Below, one piece after another: positions 27,748-40,495 of a stretch of 64,000 nucleotides of DNA. Position numbers and translations under genes: made by a program. Every line of letters begins with the position of its first letter. The first letter of the stretch is position 1. Location: the NCBI RefSeq assembly GCF_001194135.2, contig NC_069004.1:9205751-9269750 (forward strand), read 5' to 3'. This DNA is from Octopus bimaculoides (Eukaryota). Under the pieces are notes generated by a model. That model ran no database searches. It was not told the origin of the DNA and saw only the letters and a program-made list of their open reading frames with translations.

Positions 27748-28372
27748 CATATCAACATGTTTTAAACATAAAGGCAATGAATCTTTCACTTCTCTGTGTT
27801 GATAATTATGTAGTAATTATAAAGATAATTATATAGTAATTAACTCTTATATTGAGTAGCTTGCTACTAATCAAAACAGTTTTGTAATGAGGCAGCTTTG
27901 TTCATCTTAACAAATGTAATTTTAAAAATTATGAAATTATGGAATCTCTGTTGCTGTTTACATCATGTTGACTAAGATAATTGTCAGACCAAATATGTAA
28001 ATCTGAAATTATGAAATCTCTAATATACTATGTTGTCTTGGATATTTCTCAGAAGAAATATATTTACCTTAGTGAAATTTCTTATTTTTAATTATTATTT
28101 TATTTTTCATTCACATTAATCCTTTCCAATGTTATTTGAAATAACATGAAAAGAATTTTTTTATCATAGTGTTTACAGTTTTTTTTGTAATTCTATTCTT
28201 CCTCTAAAACCTTTGAAATTTGAATAAATTCTCTCTTTTCAAACATGATCATGGTATGCTAAATAACAAAAAAAAAACAAATGAATTTATATAACAACCC
28301 CAATATTTCCCTGATTGTCTATTTTTTGATGCAATCTTTTCAAAGTTTGGATTTCTCTGTTTTTACTTGTAG

Positions 28373-28453
28373 AATCATCAGATCAACTGTTATGGAATTG
28401 GTACACACTTAGTGACATGCCAGAAACAGCCAGCACTTGGTTGTGTCTTTAAG
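28373..28453 (+). CDS. NAPRT: NAPRT coding exon (after a 10-kb intron)
   Basis: ttgtag acceptor, gtaagt donor; [27 protein letters not shown]. Confidence 0.95.
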
Positions 28454-29740
28454 GTAAGTCACTTTATCACTCTGCTATCAGCTGCTGGAGTTTAGAGGAC
28501 GGTCATTTTTGTTTATTTCTCTACAGGTGTGGCTGTGTGGTAAGAAGCTTGCTTCCCAACCACATAATAATTAGTAAAGTGGTTGGCTTTAGGAAGGGCA
28601 TCCAGCCATAGAGACCAAGCCTAAACAGACAATTGGTGCCTGGTGCAGCCCTCCAGCTTATGAGTCCTGGTCCAAACTGTGTCACCCATGCTAGCATGGA
28701 AAACGGATGTTAAATGATGATGATGATGTGGCATTAGAAAATGAACATTATTTTCCATAAATATTTCCCATTGTTTTGATACCATTCCAGAAGATGAAGA
28801 ATGTGAAAGCAGTAATAGCGGATTTAAGTTGATTTGTTTTAGTTTATAACTACAAATGTATGTGTGTGTTTGTGGGGTGTGTGCATGTGTATGTTTAGAT
28901 GGAATGAGACTATTAAGCTACGGCTGACTGGGCTGCCAACATGTTTAGGTGACAGTACACACACAAACAAACAAATAGTGTGAGAGGAAAAGGGAGAGAG
29001 GAATTACAATTAATTGAACATAGTTGACATAGATGCTTCCTCTCCTCATACTCACAACAAATAATGTGTTGTCACACATAAATAGAGAGAGGGAGGGAGA
29101 GTGAGAAAAACATTAAACTGCTTGATGTCAGATGAGCCAGTAATGAGTCTGCGACACTAAAATATATGATGCCAAAATAGGAGTGCCATCTAATTCCAGT
29201 ACATGTAGCAATTTATTTCTTCAAAGCCAGTGATTTACTTTGTTTCTCCTCCAATCCAAAAGTTTCATTTGTTTGCATTTGTGTTTGTTTGGGCAAACTT
29301 GTCATCATTGAAAGATTTCTTCAATGTTTTTTTGTGCCACTGGGGCCACATGTGTCTGGTGTGAAGCAGGCTTCATGTGCCTGATGCTTTGGTGAAGAAG
29401 TCAAAGGAAGACTGAGTGCTCTCATTATTTTGTGTTAGCAGAGTAGTTAGCCAAGTGCTTAGCGGTATTTCGTCTGTCTTTACATTCTGAGTTCAAATTT
29501 TACCAAGACTGACTTTGCCTTTCATCCTTTCAGGGTTGACGAAATAAGTACCAGTTAAGTACTGGGGTCAATGTAATCAACTATCCCCCTTCCCCAATTT
29601 TTAGGCCTATCATGTGCCTATCATATAAAGGATTATTCTTAGGAAGACTGAGTATGATTCTTTAAAAATACATGATAGGTTGTAACATTTTGTTTGAGTT
29701 GGGTTTTTGTTAAAAAAATATTTTGTCTTTCCTTGTTTAG

Positions 29741-29843
29741 TTGGTACAAATTAATGATATTCCTCGGATTAAACTGAGCGAAGAACCTGATAAAATTGGT
29801 ATACCTGGGAAGAAAACTGCCTACAGACTATATGGTGCTGATG
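29741..29843 (+). CDS. NAPRT: NAPRT coding exon
   Basis: gtttag acceptor, gttagt donor; [34 protein letters not shown]. Confidence 0.95.
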
Positions 29844-30415
29844 GTTAGTAGCCTTGTTTTCTTTTATATGTATGTATATGTTATTCATATTTTTGTGATG
29901 TATTGCATTATTAAAGATTTATAAATCAATCAATCACTGATTCATACATCTTCCAGTGGTAACAGTAACAACGGAGTTTCTGTGTAATTCTGGTTCATAA
30001 AATAGCATCATAAACTGACCATGACTATTGAGTTTATTGAAAGGTGTGTCTGTCTGTATATAATCTATCTACACACACACACATATATAGGCACAAGCAT
30101 GGCTGTGTGATTAAGAAGTTTGTTTCCCAACCAACATGGTTTTGGGTTCAGTTCCACAGCATAGCACCTTGGACAAGTGTCTTTTTTTATAGTCCTGGGT
30201 CGACCAGATAGAATAAGTACTAGGTTTACAAAGAATAAGCTCTGGAGTTGATTTGCTCAACTGAAGGCAGTGCTCCAGCATGGCCACAGTCAAATGACTG
30301 AAACAAGTAAAAGAGAATATGCAATACAGCAAAAGAGGTATTAGAAATAATGAAGTATATAAATTACTGATGTATCATGGCTGTTTGCTAAAACTGATGT
30401 TTCAATATTCCACAG

Positions 30416-30501
30416 ACATTGCTCTCATTGATGTTCTCATACGTGACACAGAGCAGCCTCCCCTGGCAGGTGAGCGTGTCTTCTGTCGACATCCGTTTCA
30501 G
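30416..30501 (+). CDS. NAPRT: NAPRT coding exon
   Basis: ccacag acceptor, gtaagt donor; (D)IALIDVLIRDTEQPPLAGERVFCRHPFQ. Confidence 0.95.
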
Positions 30502-30720
30502 GTAAGTTCAAAACTTAATTAGTAATTCTTTGTTGTCAGAACTTGTTGATGTAGGGCTGAGGTCTTCAAAGAATTTAGAGGTAGCGAGAGGGAAAAAAAC
30601 TCTGTTGCTTCAATTTCTGATTCTCTGACTACAACAATATATCAGACTGAAATAATCAGCACATCAATACATGCTATTATCATCTTCATCTTGTAACTAA
30701 ATCGTAGAATATTGAGGATT

Positions 30721-31021
30721 GTTGTTGTTGGCACTCCGTTGCTTACGACGTCGAGGGTTCCAGTTGATCCGATCAACGGAACAGCCTGCTCGTGAAATTA
30801 ACGTGCAAGTGGCTGAGCACTCCACAGACACGTGTACCCTTAACGTAGTTCTCGGGGATATTCAGCGTGACACAGTGTGACAAGGCTGACCTTTTGAATT
30901 ACAGGCACAACAGAAACAGGAAGTAAGAGTGAGAGAAAGTGGTGGTGAAAGAGTACAGCAGGGTTCGCCACCATCCCCTGCCGGAGCCTCGTGGAGGTTT
31001 TAGGTGTTTTCGCTCAATAAA
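30721..31021 (-). mobile_element. SINE family C copy truncated by an assembly gap
   Basis: Nearly identical to 16961-17255. Confidence 0.9.
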
Positions 31022-32643
31022 NNNNNNNNNNNNNNNNNNNNNNNNNNNNNNNNNNNNNNNNNNNNNNNNNNNNNNNNNNNNNNNNNNNNNNNNNNNNNNN
31101 NNNNNNNNNNNNNNNNNNNNNNNNNNNNNNNNNNNNNNNNNNNNNNNNNNNNNNNNNNNNNNNNNNNNNNNNNNNNNNNNNNNNNNNNNNNNNNNNNNNN
31201 NNNNNNNNNNNNNNNNNNNNNNNNNNNNNNNNNNNNNNNNNNNNNNNNNNNNNNNNNNNNNNNNNNNNNNNNNNNNNNNNNNNNNNNNNNNNNNNNNNNN
31301 NNNNNNNNNNNNNNNNNNNNNNNNNNNNNNNNNNNNNNNNNNNNNNNNNNNNNNNNNNNNNNNNNNNNNNNNNNNNNNNNNNNNNNNNNNNNNNNNNNNN
31401 NNNNNNNNNNNNNNNNNNNNNNNNNNNNNNNNNNNNNNNNNNNNNNNNNNNNNNNNNNNNNNNNNNNNNNNNNNNNNNNNNNNNNNNNNNNNNNNNNNNN
31501 NNNNNNNNNNNNNNNNNNNNNNNNNNNNNNNNNNNNNNNNNNNNNNNNNNNNNNNNNNNNNNNNNNNNNNNNNNNNNNNNNNNNNNNNNNNNNNNNNNNN
31601 NNNNNNNNNNNNNNNNNNNNNNNNNNNNNNNNNNNNNNNNNNNNNNNNNNNNNNNNNNNNNNNNNNNNNNNNNNNNNNNNNNNNNNNNNNNNNNNNNNNN
31701 NNNNNNNNNNNNNNNNNNNNNNNNNNNNNNNNNNNNNNNNNNNNNNNNNNNNNNNNNNNNNNNNNNNNNNNNNNNNNNNNNNNNNNNNNNNNNNNNNNNN
31801 NNNNNNNNNNNNNNNNNNNNNNNNNNNNNNNNNNNNNNNNNNNNNNNNNNNNNNNNNNNNNNNNNNNNNNNNNNNNNNNNNNNNNNNNNNNNNNNNNNCC
31901 CCCCTTTCATTTTCATTTGAAGTATTTTCATTCACCCTTTTCTAAAATTTATTTGAAAGGCTGTAGCCACAATGCCAGAACGCAACTCTTTACACGTCAG
32001 ACTTATTTATTAGTTATATCTATTTCAAACCTGACGAAGCAGACCAATAATTAAAAGTATTCCATCCGTGGCCATTTCCTTTTTTTTTTTTTTTTCAGAA
32101 TATTTTATCTAATGGTTCTGTTTTTTTTTTAATATGGCATGATGTAAACTGAGGGCAGTTTGATTGCTGTTTCTATAATACCTCACTGGCTTCTATTACA
32201 AATAAATATCAGAAGATACAGCTCATGTTGTATCTGTTCATTCAGTTACAGGTACCTCCTTTAGTTACAGGTACCCTCTTTAGTTACAGGTACCTTCTCT
32301 ATACTCAGGGCACCAAGATTTAAATAGGAACCATGAAAGGTGATAATCATTGTGAGGTGGAGTGTGAAGTGTCCACTCACTCTAAAATGGAGTGCGAGGT
32401 GGGGTTGGGGGGGTCACATTCTGTGAGGGAGAGTATGGAAAGTGTTCACTCACTATAAGTCGAGTGCGTACTCAGTGTGAAATTCTGTGTGATGGGTGAT
32501 GAAAAGTTCTGGGCTTTAAGGGTATATCCTCATTGGAGGCCCAACCTTCTGAGTTCTTTTATAGGGCTTAGGAAAACTGAAGGACTGCTGCAATAATAAA
32601 TGTGTGAATCTGAGAGAAGAATATCTTGAATAAAATCATAAAT

Positions 32644-32812
32644 TACTGTATTTTAATATGTATAAGGAACCCCCTAACTTTTGGGGGCTTAAAATTTGTA
32701 AAAAAATGTTTTGTAAGGGATTATAATACTATCCATGTATAAGAAACTCCCCATATTTTTTAACCTAATTTTGGACAAAAAAAGGGTTCCTTATCCACGT
32801 TAGAATACAGTA
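32644..32812. mobile_element. Tc1/mariner-type MITE
   Basis: 29-bp terminal inverted repeats TACTGTATT(T/C)TAA...ATAAGGAACCC (25 of 29 matched), bounded by TA. Confidence 0.65.
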
Positions 32813-32950
32813 ACAGATCCTCCCATATTTTCTTTTACCCAAAGTCAGGAACTTTTCAGCACCCCCTCATATTTCCAATCCTTTTGAGTGTCCACTCATT
32901 ATAAGGTGAAGTTTACACTCATTGTGTTGTTGTTGTTGTCCTTCTAACAG

Positions 32951-33058
32951 GCTCAGCAGAATCTCCCGACGCTGCGACACCTGAGAGAGAAGACATTGTC
33001 ATCATTGAGTCACATACGGGAAGATCACAAGCGAGCCCTACAGCCTAGTCCATATAAG
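32951..33058 (+). CDS. NAPRT: NAPRT coding exon
   Basis: taacag acceptor, gtaatg donor; [36 protein letters not shown]. Confidence 0.92.
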
Positions 33059-33085
33059 GTAATGTATATTTGTGTGTGTTGTGTG

Positions 33086-33762
33086 TATTGGGTCATTCTA
33101 TAAATAATGCAGTTTTTTCAATTGCATGAACTAAAAGTCGGAGGGGGATGGGATAAACTACCTGCATCAACTTGCTATAGAAGCAGGTGGTAATTTTACC
33201 TTCTGCTTATTCTTAGTGCAAGTTTTGAAGAGTGCAGTTCTGTTTTAACAGTTATTTTTCCAAAGTTGTAATGGAAGTGAGAAAGGAGCATATTCAGCAT
33301 ATTTTGCTTTATGAGTTTAATAAAGGCAACAATGCAATGGAAAGTGTGAGGAACATTAATGCAGTATGTGGGGATCGGACAATAAGTGTAAGCCAGTGTC
33401 AACGGTGGTTTCAGAAATTCCAAGCCAGAAATTACAGCCTAGAAGATGAGCCTCGTCCTGGAAGATCCATATAGCTTGACAAGGACATCTTGCAAGCCCT
33501 GGTGGAATGAAATCCCATTTTAACTATTGAGGAACTAGCAGAGAAACTTGGATTTGGTCATTCAACCATTCATCGACACCTGCATGCCATCTGAAAAGTC
33601 AGCAAATTGAGTCAATGGGTTCCTCACCAGAGAGTGAATGTGTGCTCTTCTTTGCTGTCACGTCTCATGAATGAACCTTTTTGGACCGAATAGTGACTGA
33701 TGATGAGAAATGGGTTCTCTGTAAAAATGTGAAGAGCTGAAGACAGTGGGTAGGGAAAGGAG
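33086..33762 (+). mobile_element. Decayed mariner, 5' end and N-terminal half of the transposase
   Basis: MEVRKEHIQHILLYEFNKG...QCQRWFQKF...LEDEPRPGRS...TIHRHL...WVPH...DRIVTDDEKW, with stops and frameshifts. Confidence 0.9.
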
Positions 33763-33990
33763 CGTTATGTGTTTATTGAGCGAAAATGCTTAAAGCTGCA
33801 CAAGGCTCCAGCAGGGGGTGGCGGCGACCCCTGTTGTACTCTTTCATCCCAACTTTCTCTCACTTGAGTAACGCTGCGATGGACTGGCATCCCGTCCAGC
33901 TGGGGGGAACACATACGCCATAGAAACTGGGAAACCGGGCCCATGAGCCTGGCTAGGCTTGAAAAGGGCGCATAAATAAAAAAAAATTAT
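33763..33990 (+). mobile_element. 5'-truncated SINE sharing the family C body but with a different 3' tail
   Basis: GTGTTTATTGAGCGAAAA...ACTTTCTCTCACT is shared with family C, then GCGATGGACTGGCATCCCGTCCAG...AATAAA. Confidence 0.6.
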
Positions 33991-34272
33991 TATTATTATT
34001 ATGGTGGCAAGCTGCCAGAACCGTTAACATGCCAGGCAAAATGCTTAGCAGCATTTCACCCATCTTTATGTTCTGAGTTCAAATTCCACCCAGGATAATT
34101 TTGCCTTTCATGCCTTAAGTGTTGATAAAATAAGTACCAGTTGAGTACTGGGGGTTTATGTAATTGACTCACTTCCTCTCTTGAAATTACTGGTCTTGTG
34201 CCAAAATCTGAAACCATTATCATTATTATTATTATTATTTCTAACATTTCAATGTATTTTTGTGTTTTACAG

Positions 34273-34350
34273 GTGGCTGTCAGTGACAAACTCTACACGT
34301 TCATGCATAATCTATGGCTGGAGAATGCTCCAGTTGGGGAGCTGTGTTAA
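34273..34350 (+). CDS. NAPRT: NAPRT last coding exon
   Basis: ttacag acceptor; [25 protein letters not shown] followed by TAA. Confidence 0.95.
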   Translation: MAVSDKLYTFMHNLWLENAPVGELC

Positions 34351-35135
34351 TATTTGCTATTGCTTCTAATTTTTTTGTTTCTTAGTACGGCCTAATATAT
34401 ACACGTGTGTGTGTGTGTATATACATATATGTATACACACACACATATACAAATACATACATATACACACACACACAGACATATAGACACATAAACACAC
34501 GCACACATATATACACACATACATATATTTTACATACACGCTTACATACATGTGTGTGTATGTATTTGATATGCATAGCATATGCTCACACAAATAAGCA
34601 TTCACACACACACACACACAGATATAAAGATATGCATACACAGGCCTTACACACACACATACACACACACACACATACATCTGTGTGGTACCTTGATAGG
34701 TTATGCTGTATAAAAACCTCCGTAGCCTGCTGTGTCTGTTGTTTATTGTCAGTAGCTCACATATTGAAGAGGATTGTCATAGTCGGCCTCAAGTACTGAC
34801 CAGTGATATGTTTCTCTGTGTGATAAACTGTGATATGCTGATATTCTATATTGACACCATTATTATTATTATTATTATCATTATTATTATTATTATGACG
34901 ACTTAATATTTTTGGCCCATTTTATGATCTGAGATGAAGAAATACTACCGTGTCTGACTATGCCTTTTATACATTATGTATATGTGTCTGTGTTTATGTG
35001 CATATATATATATATATATATAGTTTTAGGGAAAAGAACCAAGGTTTATGTAAAGCTCAATTTAATTTTAATTTTTTATAAATTGATTTTAATTGAGTTT
35101 TTACCTGTAATTTTGAATTTTGTCCCTAATATTAT

Positions 35136-35170
<35 letters not shown>

Positions 35171-35233
35171 CACGCATACATTTATGTATGTACACACACA
35201 TATATGTATGTATACATACACACATATATACAA

Positions 35234-35275
<42 letters not shown>

Positions 35276-35779
35276 GTATATGTATACACACACATACATA
35301 CTGGGTGTCGATTCCATCGACTGTCTTACACTTTCATTAATAAATTTCGTGGTCCTTGTGCCAACATTACAAATGCTCGGGCATTTGAAATGGTTATGAA
35401 CAATATCTGAGAAATAATAATTATCATTATTATTATTATCATTATTAACTATTGTTGTTACTGTTACATTATTAGGGGGCAGTGGATGGAAGAAATGGTG
35501 TCGATGGTGCAAAATGCCTTGCATGTGCTTGCTCCCCTGCCACCCCCACATTCCTTTACATTCAGAGTTCAAATCTAGTTTGGTGGTGGTGGTGGTGGTT
35601 GGAGTGGGGGTGTTGAGTTTGCCTTATAGCCTTTTAAAGGTGTGTGGGTGTCAATAAGATAAGTGTTCTAATCATGTGGGGTTGCTTAAATTGATACCCC
35701 CGCCACCTTCCAACATACTCACACTTCACCCCCCCCATATCTCAAGTCACGTGCAAAAATCAGAAAACTCATTAATTTT

Positions 35780-36468
35780 AGTGGGTTGGCAGAATCATTA
35801 GAACGTTGGACAAAAATGCATTGCATACATCCTAGGTTCAGGTTNNNNNNNNNNNNNNNNNNNNNNNNNNNNNNNNNNNNNNNNNNNNNNNNNNNNNNNN
35901 NNNNNNNNNNNNNNNNNNNNNNNNNNNNNNNNNNNNNNNNNNNNNNNNNNNNNNNNNNNNNNNNNNNNNNNNNNNNNNNNNNNNNNNNNNNNNNNNNNNN
36001 NNNNNNNNNNNNNNNNNNNNNNNNNNNNNGAATCATTAGAACGTTGGACAAAAATGCATTGCATACATCCTAGGTTCAGGTTCAAATCTCACTGTGGACA
36101 GACAACTTTGCCTTTATTCCCCCTTCTGACAGGGTGGTCAATGAAATATAGAACCAGTTAAGCACTGGGTTAACGAACACCTAAACCCCCTTACATATCC
36201 AGCCCCTAAATTTCTAGCTTTTGTGCCTATGTAAGAAATTATCATATTATTATTTTGGTAGTAAGCTGGCAGAATCGTTAGCATGCTGGGCAAAATGCTT
36301 AACTGTATTTTATCTGTCTTTACATTCTGAGTTCAAGTCCCACCAAGGTCGACTTTGCCTTTCATCCTTTCAAGGTCGATGAAATAAGTACCAGTTGCAT
36401 ACTGGGGTTGATGTAATCAACTAGCCCTCGTCCCACATATTTCAGGCCTTGTGCCTATAGTAGAAAGG

Positions 36469-36542
<74 letters not shown>

Positions 36543-37181
36543 GGTGGCAAGCTGGCAGAACTGTTAGCATGCTGGGCAAAATGCTTAGCTGTATTTCATC
36601 TATCTTTACGTTCTGAGTTCAAATCCCACCGAGGTCAACTTTGCCTTTCACCCTTCGGGGTCGATAAAATAAGTACCAGTTGCTTACTAGTGTCGATGGA
36701 TTTGACTAGTCCCCTCCCCAAAAATTTCAGGCTTTGTGCCTATACTAGAAAGGATAATTATTATTATTATTATTATTATTATTTAGGTGGCAAGCTGACA
36801 GAATTCTTAGCATGTCAGGTGAAATGCTTTAGCGGTATTTCGTCTGCCGCTATGTTCAGAGTTCAAATTCTGCTGAGGTCAACTTTGCCTTTCAACCTTT
36901 CAGGGTCGATGAAACAAGTACTAGTTGCGTACTGGGGTCAACATAACCAACTAACCCCCCCACACTCCCCAAAATTGCTGACCTTGTGTCAAAATTTGAA
37001 AATATTATTTTATAGTATTTGTAAGAATAGTTGCTGTTTTGACCCTCAACTTTTAACTGATGCCACTAAAACTTAAGGAAAGGCATGACCGTCACACCAC
37101 GCTCTTTCTTTACCTCACTCGCCCCTTTTCATTATAAAAGTCATTAAGGTCTGTTGCCCCTAATCAAAAGATTTTATGTGG

Positions 37182-37218
<37 letters not shown>

Positions 37219-37922
37219 CCTCATTCCTCCCTGTAATTTGTGGAGTACTAATCCTGCCATTTTTGGCTTTGCCTTTCATTCCTCACGGTCCGATAGAATA
37301 AGCACTGGTACCATGCTACAGGTGGTGATGGTCGTGGTGGGCTAAATGTTCCACCTACTACACCCCCTCCCCCTCTCTTTCCACTACTTTTTCTACCTAT
37401 AGACTTACTGCTTCATTGCCAATGTAAGCAACCATTGTTATTGCTGCTACTGCTGCTGCTGCTGTTGTTGTTGTTGTTGTTCTTTCCGTGGCGAGTACCA
37501 AAGTGTGTATACGGCAGAGGGTGATGCTCCTGGCAAGTCAAGTCCATTGATCAGGTTTCAATCTCTGCTTAAAACCAAAATGTTGTATTGGTAAATACCT
37601 TTGGAGAGCTTGCAACTTTCGACTTATTCCAATCTGATAAATTTGGCACTTTGATCCCATGTAGAAGAAAATCTCTGTGATTATTATTATTATTATTATA
37701 TTAAAAGGTGGTGAGAAGGCAGAATAGTTAGCACGCTGGGTAAAATGCTTAGCGGTATTCTGTCTGTCTTTACGTTTTGAGTTCAAATTCCGCCGTGGTT
37801 GACTTCACTTTTCATCTTTCAAGGGTCGATAAAACAAGACAAGTACCAGTTGAACTCTGGGGTCGATGTAATCGACTTACCACCCCACCTAACATTGCTG
37901 GCCTTGTGCCAAAATTTGAAAC

Positions 37923-37959
<37 letters not shown>

Positions 37960-38587
37960 TTCTGCCAAGCCGAGGTCAACTTTGCCTTTAATCCTTTCAA
38001 GCTCAATAAAATAAGTACCAGTCAAGTACTGGAATCTGTAATCAGCTTTTCCCCTCTCAAAAATTGCTGGTCCTATGCCTACATTTGAAACCATTATTAT
38101 TATTATTATTATTTATTAAGGTGGAGGGCCGGCGGAATTGTTAACATGCTAGGCAAAATGCTTTGCAGCATTTCGTCTGTCCTTATGTTTTGAGTTCAAA
38201 TCCTGCTGAGGTTGAATTTGCCTTTCATCCTTTTGGGGTCGATAAAATAAGTACCAGTTGAGTACTGGGGGTCGATGTAATCAACTTACCCCCTCCTCTT
38301 ATTATTATTATTGTTAAGGTGGTGAGCTGGCAGAATTGTTACCACGCCAGGCAAAATGCTTAGTGGCATTTTGTCCATTTTTATGTCCTGAGTTCAATCA
38401 CCACTGAGGCTACTGACACACACTTTGTGCCCATCACTAGCCGGTGATTGTCTCACACTGAGGACGGGTAACTACCTTTCAGGATCGATAAAATAAGTAC
38501 CAGTTGATCTCTGGAGCCAATTTAATCGACTTTGCCCCCTCCTCTCCCCACCCACAAAACTACTGGTCTTGTGCCAAAATTTGAAAC

Positions 38588-38626
<39 letters not shown>

Positions 38627-39325
38627 AGGCGGCGAGCTGGCAGAAACGTTAGCACACTGGGCGAAATGCTTAGCGGTATTTCGTCCGTCTTTATGTCCTG
38701 AGTTCAAATTCCACAGGGGTTGACTTTGCCTTTCATCCTTTCAGGGTCGATAAATTAAGTACCAGTTGCGTACTTGGATTGATCTAATCGACTGGCCTCC
38801 CCTCCCACCAAATTTCAGGCCTTGTGCCTATAATAGAAAGGATTATTATTAATCATTATTATTGTGGTGAGCTGGCTGTAATATTCACATGCCAGGCAAA
38901 ATGCTTAGCAGCATTTTGTCGATCTTAACATTCTGATTTCAAATTCTGCTGAAGTTGGCTTTGCCTTGTGTCACTTCAGTGGTTAATGAATAAGTACCCG
39001 TTGTGTACTTGGGTCGATTAATTGGCTTCCCCTCCACCCTCTCTCAAAATTGCTGGCCTTGTCCCAAAATTAGAAAGAACTACTACTGAGCAGTGTATCA
39101 GCAGAATCTCGCAAGTGCTGAACAAAATGGAATACCTTTCGGTATTTAGTTAGAGCCCTTTATGTTCTGAGTTCAAATCCTGTCAAGGTCAACTTAACCT
39201 GCGATCTTTCTGGGGTTGATAAACTACCAGTTAAACCCTGGGGATTTGATATAAAAGATTGCTCTCTCTTCCCTCCCTCCTGCCAAATTTCTGGCCTTGA
39301 GCCTATGATACAAATTAATTATATT
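35780..39325 (+). repeat. Head-to-tail array of about 10-12 SINE family B copies
   Basis: Heads or truncated starts at about 35785, 36256, 36541, 36784, 37705, 37960, 38118, 38316, 38626, 38864 and 39088; all on the + strand, most directly after an (ATT)n tail. Confidence 0.85.
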
Positions 39326-39674
39326 ATGGCATTGTGGGTTTTATTGTATTTCTGAAGAATTTGGTCATCTTTGACTTTTTTTTTTTTTTTTTGCTGTTAA
39401 TGAGGAGACTTCTGTGATTATCCGAAATGGTGGTTGTAAACTACAGAGATGAAACATTATTATTATTATTATTGAATGAATAAAACATTTTCTTAAAAAC
39501 CAAGACTGATTTATTATATGCTGTTATTTTCATGTTTAACTCTTTTGATACCAACCAACCTTCCTGAGACCACCCATGGTTCTGTGATGCAGACTTACCA
39601 TTTTAAAATGTTCTAAATCAACATCTTACATTTAAATTTCATGTTAATTTATTTTCCAAACACCAGTTTAATAA

Positions 39675-39890
39675 AGTAGTTGTATACTGTCAACTTAATG
39701 TGACAGTCCCCTGAAGGGAATAATACTACTGTTGGTTAGACCTAGGAAGCTGTACTGCTTCCTAGATCTAACCAACAGTAGTATTATTCCCTTCAGGGGG
39801 CTGTCACATTAAGTTGACAGTATACAACTACTTCATCGTATTACTACTGCATAAATCTCTCTGAGAGATTTAGAAATGTATTGTTTCTAA
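39675..39890. mobile_element. Second fold-back element copy, inserted in a MITE with a 13-bp TSD
   Basis: Arms 39675-39750 and 39757-39832 with 2 mismatches; TSD accagtttaataa at 39662-39674 and 39891-39903. Confidence 0.8.
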
Positions 39891-40261
39891 ACCAGTTTAA
39901 TAATAACAAAATTGTTTCGCTAAATTCATTATTTTCAAAATGAATTAAAACAGAGACAGTGTATATATTTCGACAGAAATATGGTAACACACACATGTAT
40001 GTATGTGTGTGTATGTATTACTCACACGAAGTTTCCAATGATGTCTCAGAATCAAGTGAATTATAAGATTCCCAATATACATACATACATAGTCTGTTGT
40101 ACACAGATTCAATAAATCATATATAAAACAACGCTGACCCAGACGATTGGATATTTACTGATGTTAAGCACTGGAGTGAATTGAAATCGTAATTATGTTT
40201 CGGTCCTTACAACATACACCCACATCCAGGTGATATTCAAGCCTAGGATTGTGTTCAAGTG

Positions 40262-40495
40262 GCATTTTACTGGCTCCCCACTAATCGCCTCATTTCCAAC
40301 CAGCGCCATCTCAATTCTTTCTCGGCGGCGTCTATATTGTTCTTGAAGGTTCTTCTGCTGCTCACTTTTGTAATACTCAGGATTTCATAAGCCTTACTCA
40401 GGGTAGGCTTCGAACCTACGAACCTTCGACTACCAACCTCCAAATATAAACACTTGCTCCACCCATTCTTAGAGCAGTCCTTGTCCACCGCATCA
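40262..40495 (-). mobile_element. HERO-like (restriction-like endonuclease) non-LTR retroelement, C-terminal fragment
   Basis: DCSKNGWSKCLYLEVGSRRFVG...KAYEILSI...AAEKELRWRW resembles the HERO-clade C-terminus (GWxxxCxxxEVGxRGF...AAExASRWLW). Confidence 0.6.

Noticed and set aside
35791-36083. Duplicated ~54-bp SINE head
   Set aside because: Identical copies on either side of an N gap; likely an assembly artefact
35780-39325. Repeat-spacer look resembling a CRISPR array
   Set aside because: Units are ~220-bp SINEs with (ATT)n tails in a eukaryotic genome, and there are no cas genes
40400-40440. tRNA-like reverse motif GGCTTCGAACCTACGAACC
   Set aside because: No cloverleaf; it lies inside the HERO-like coding fragment
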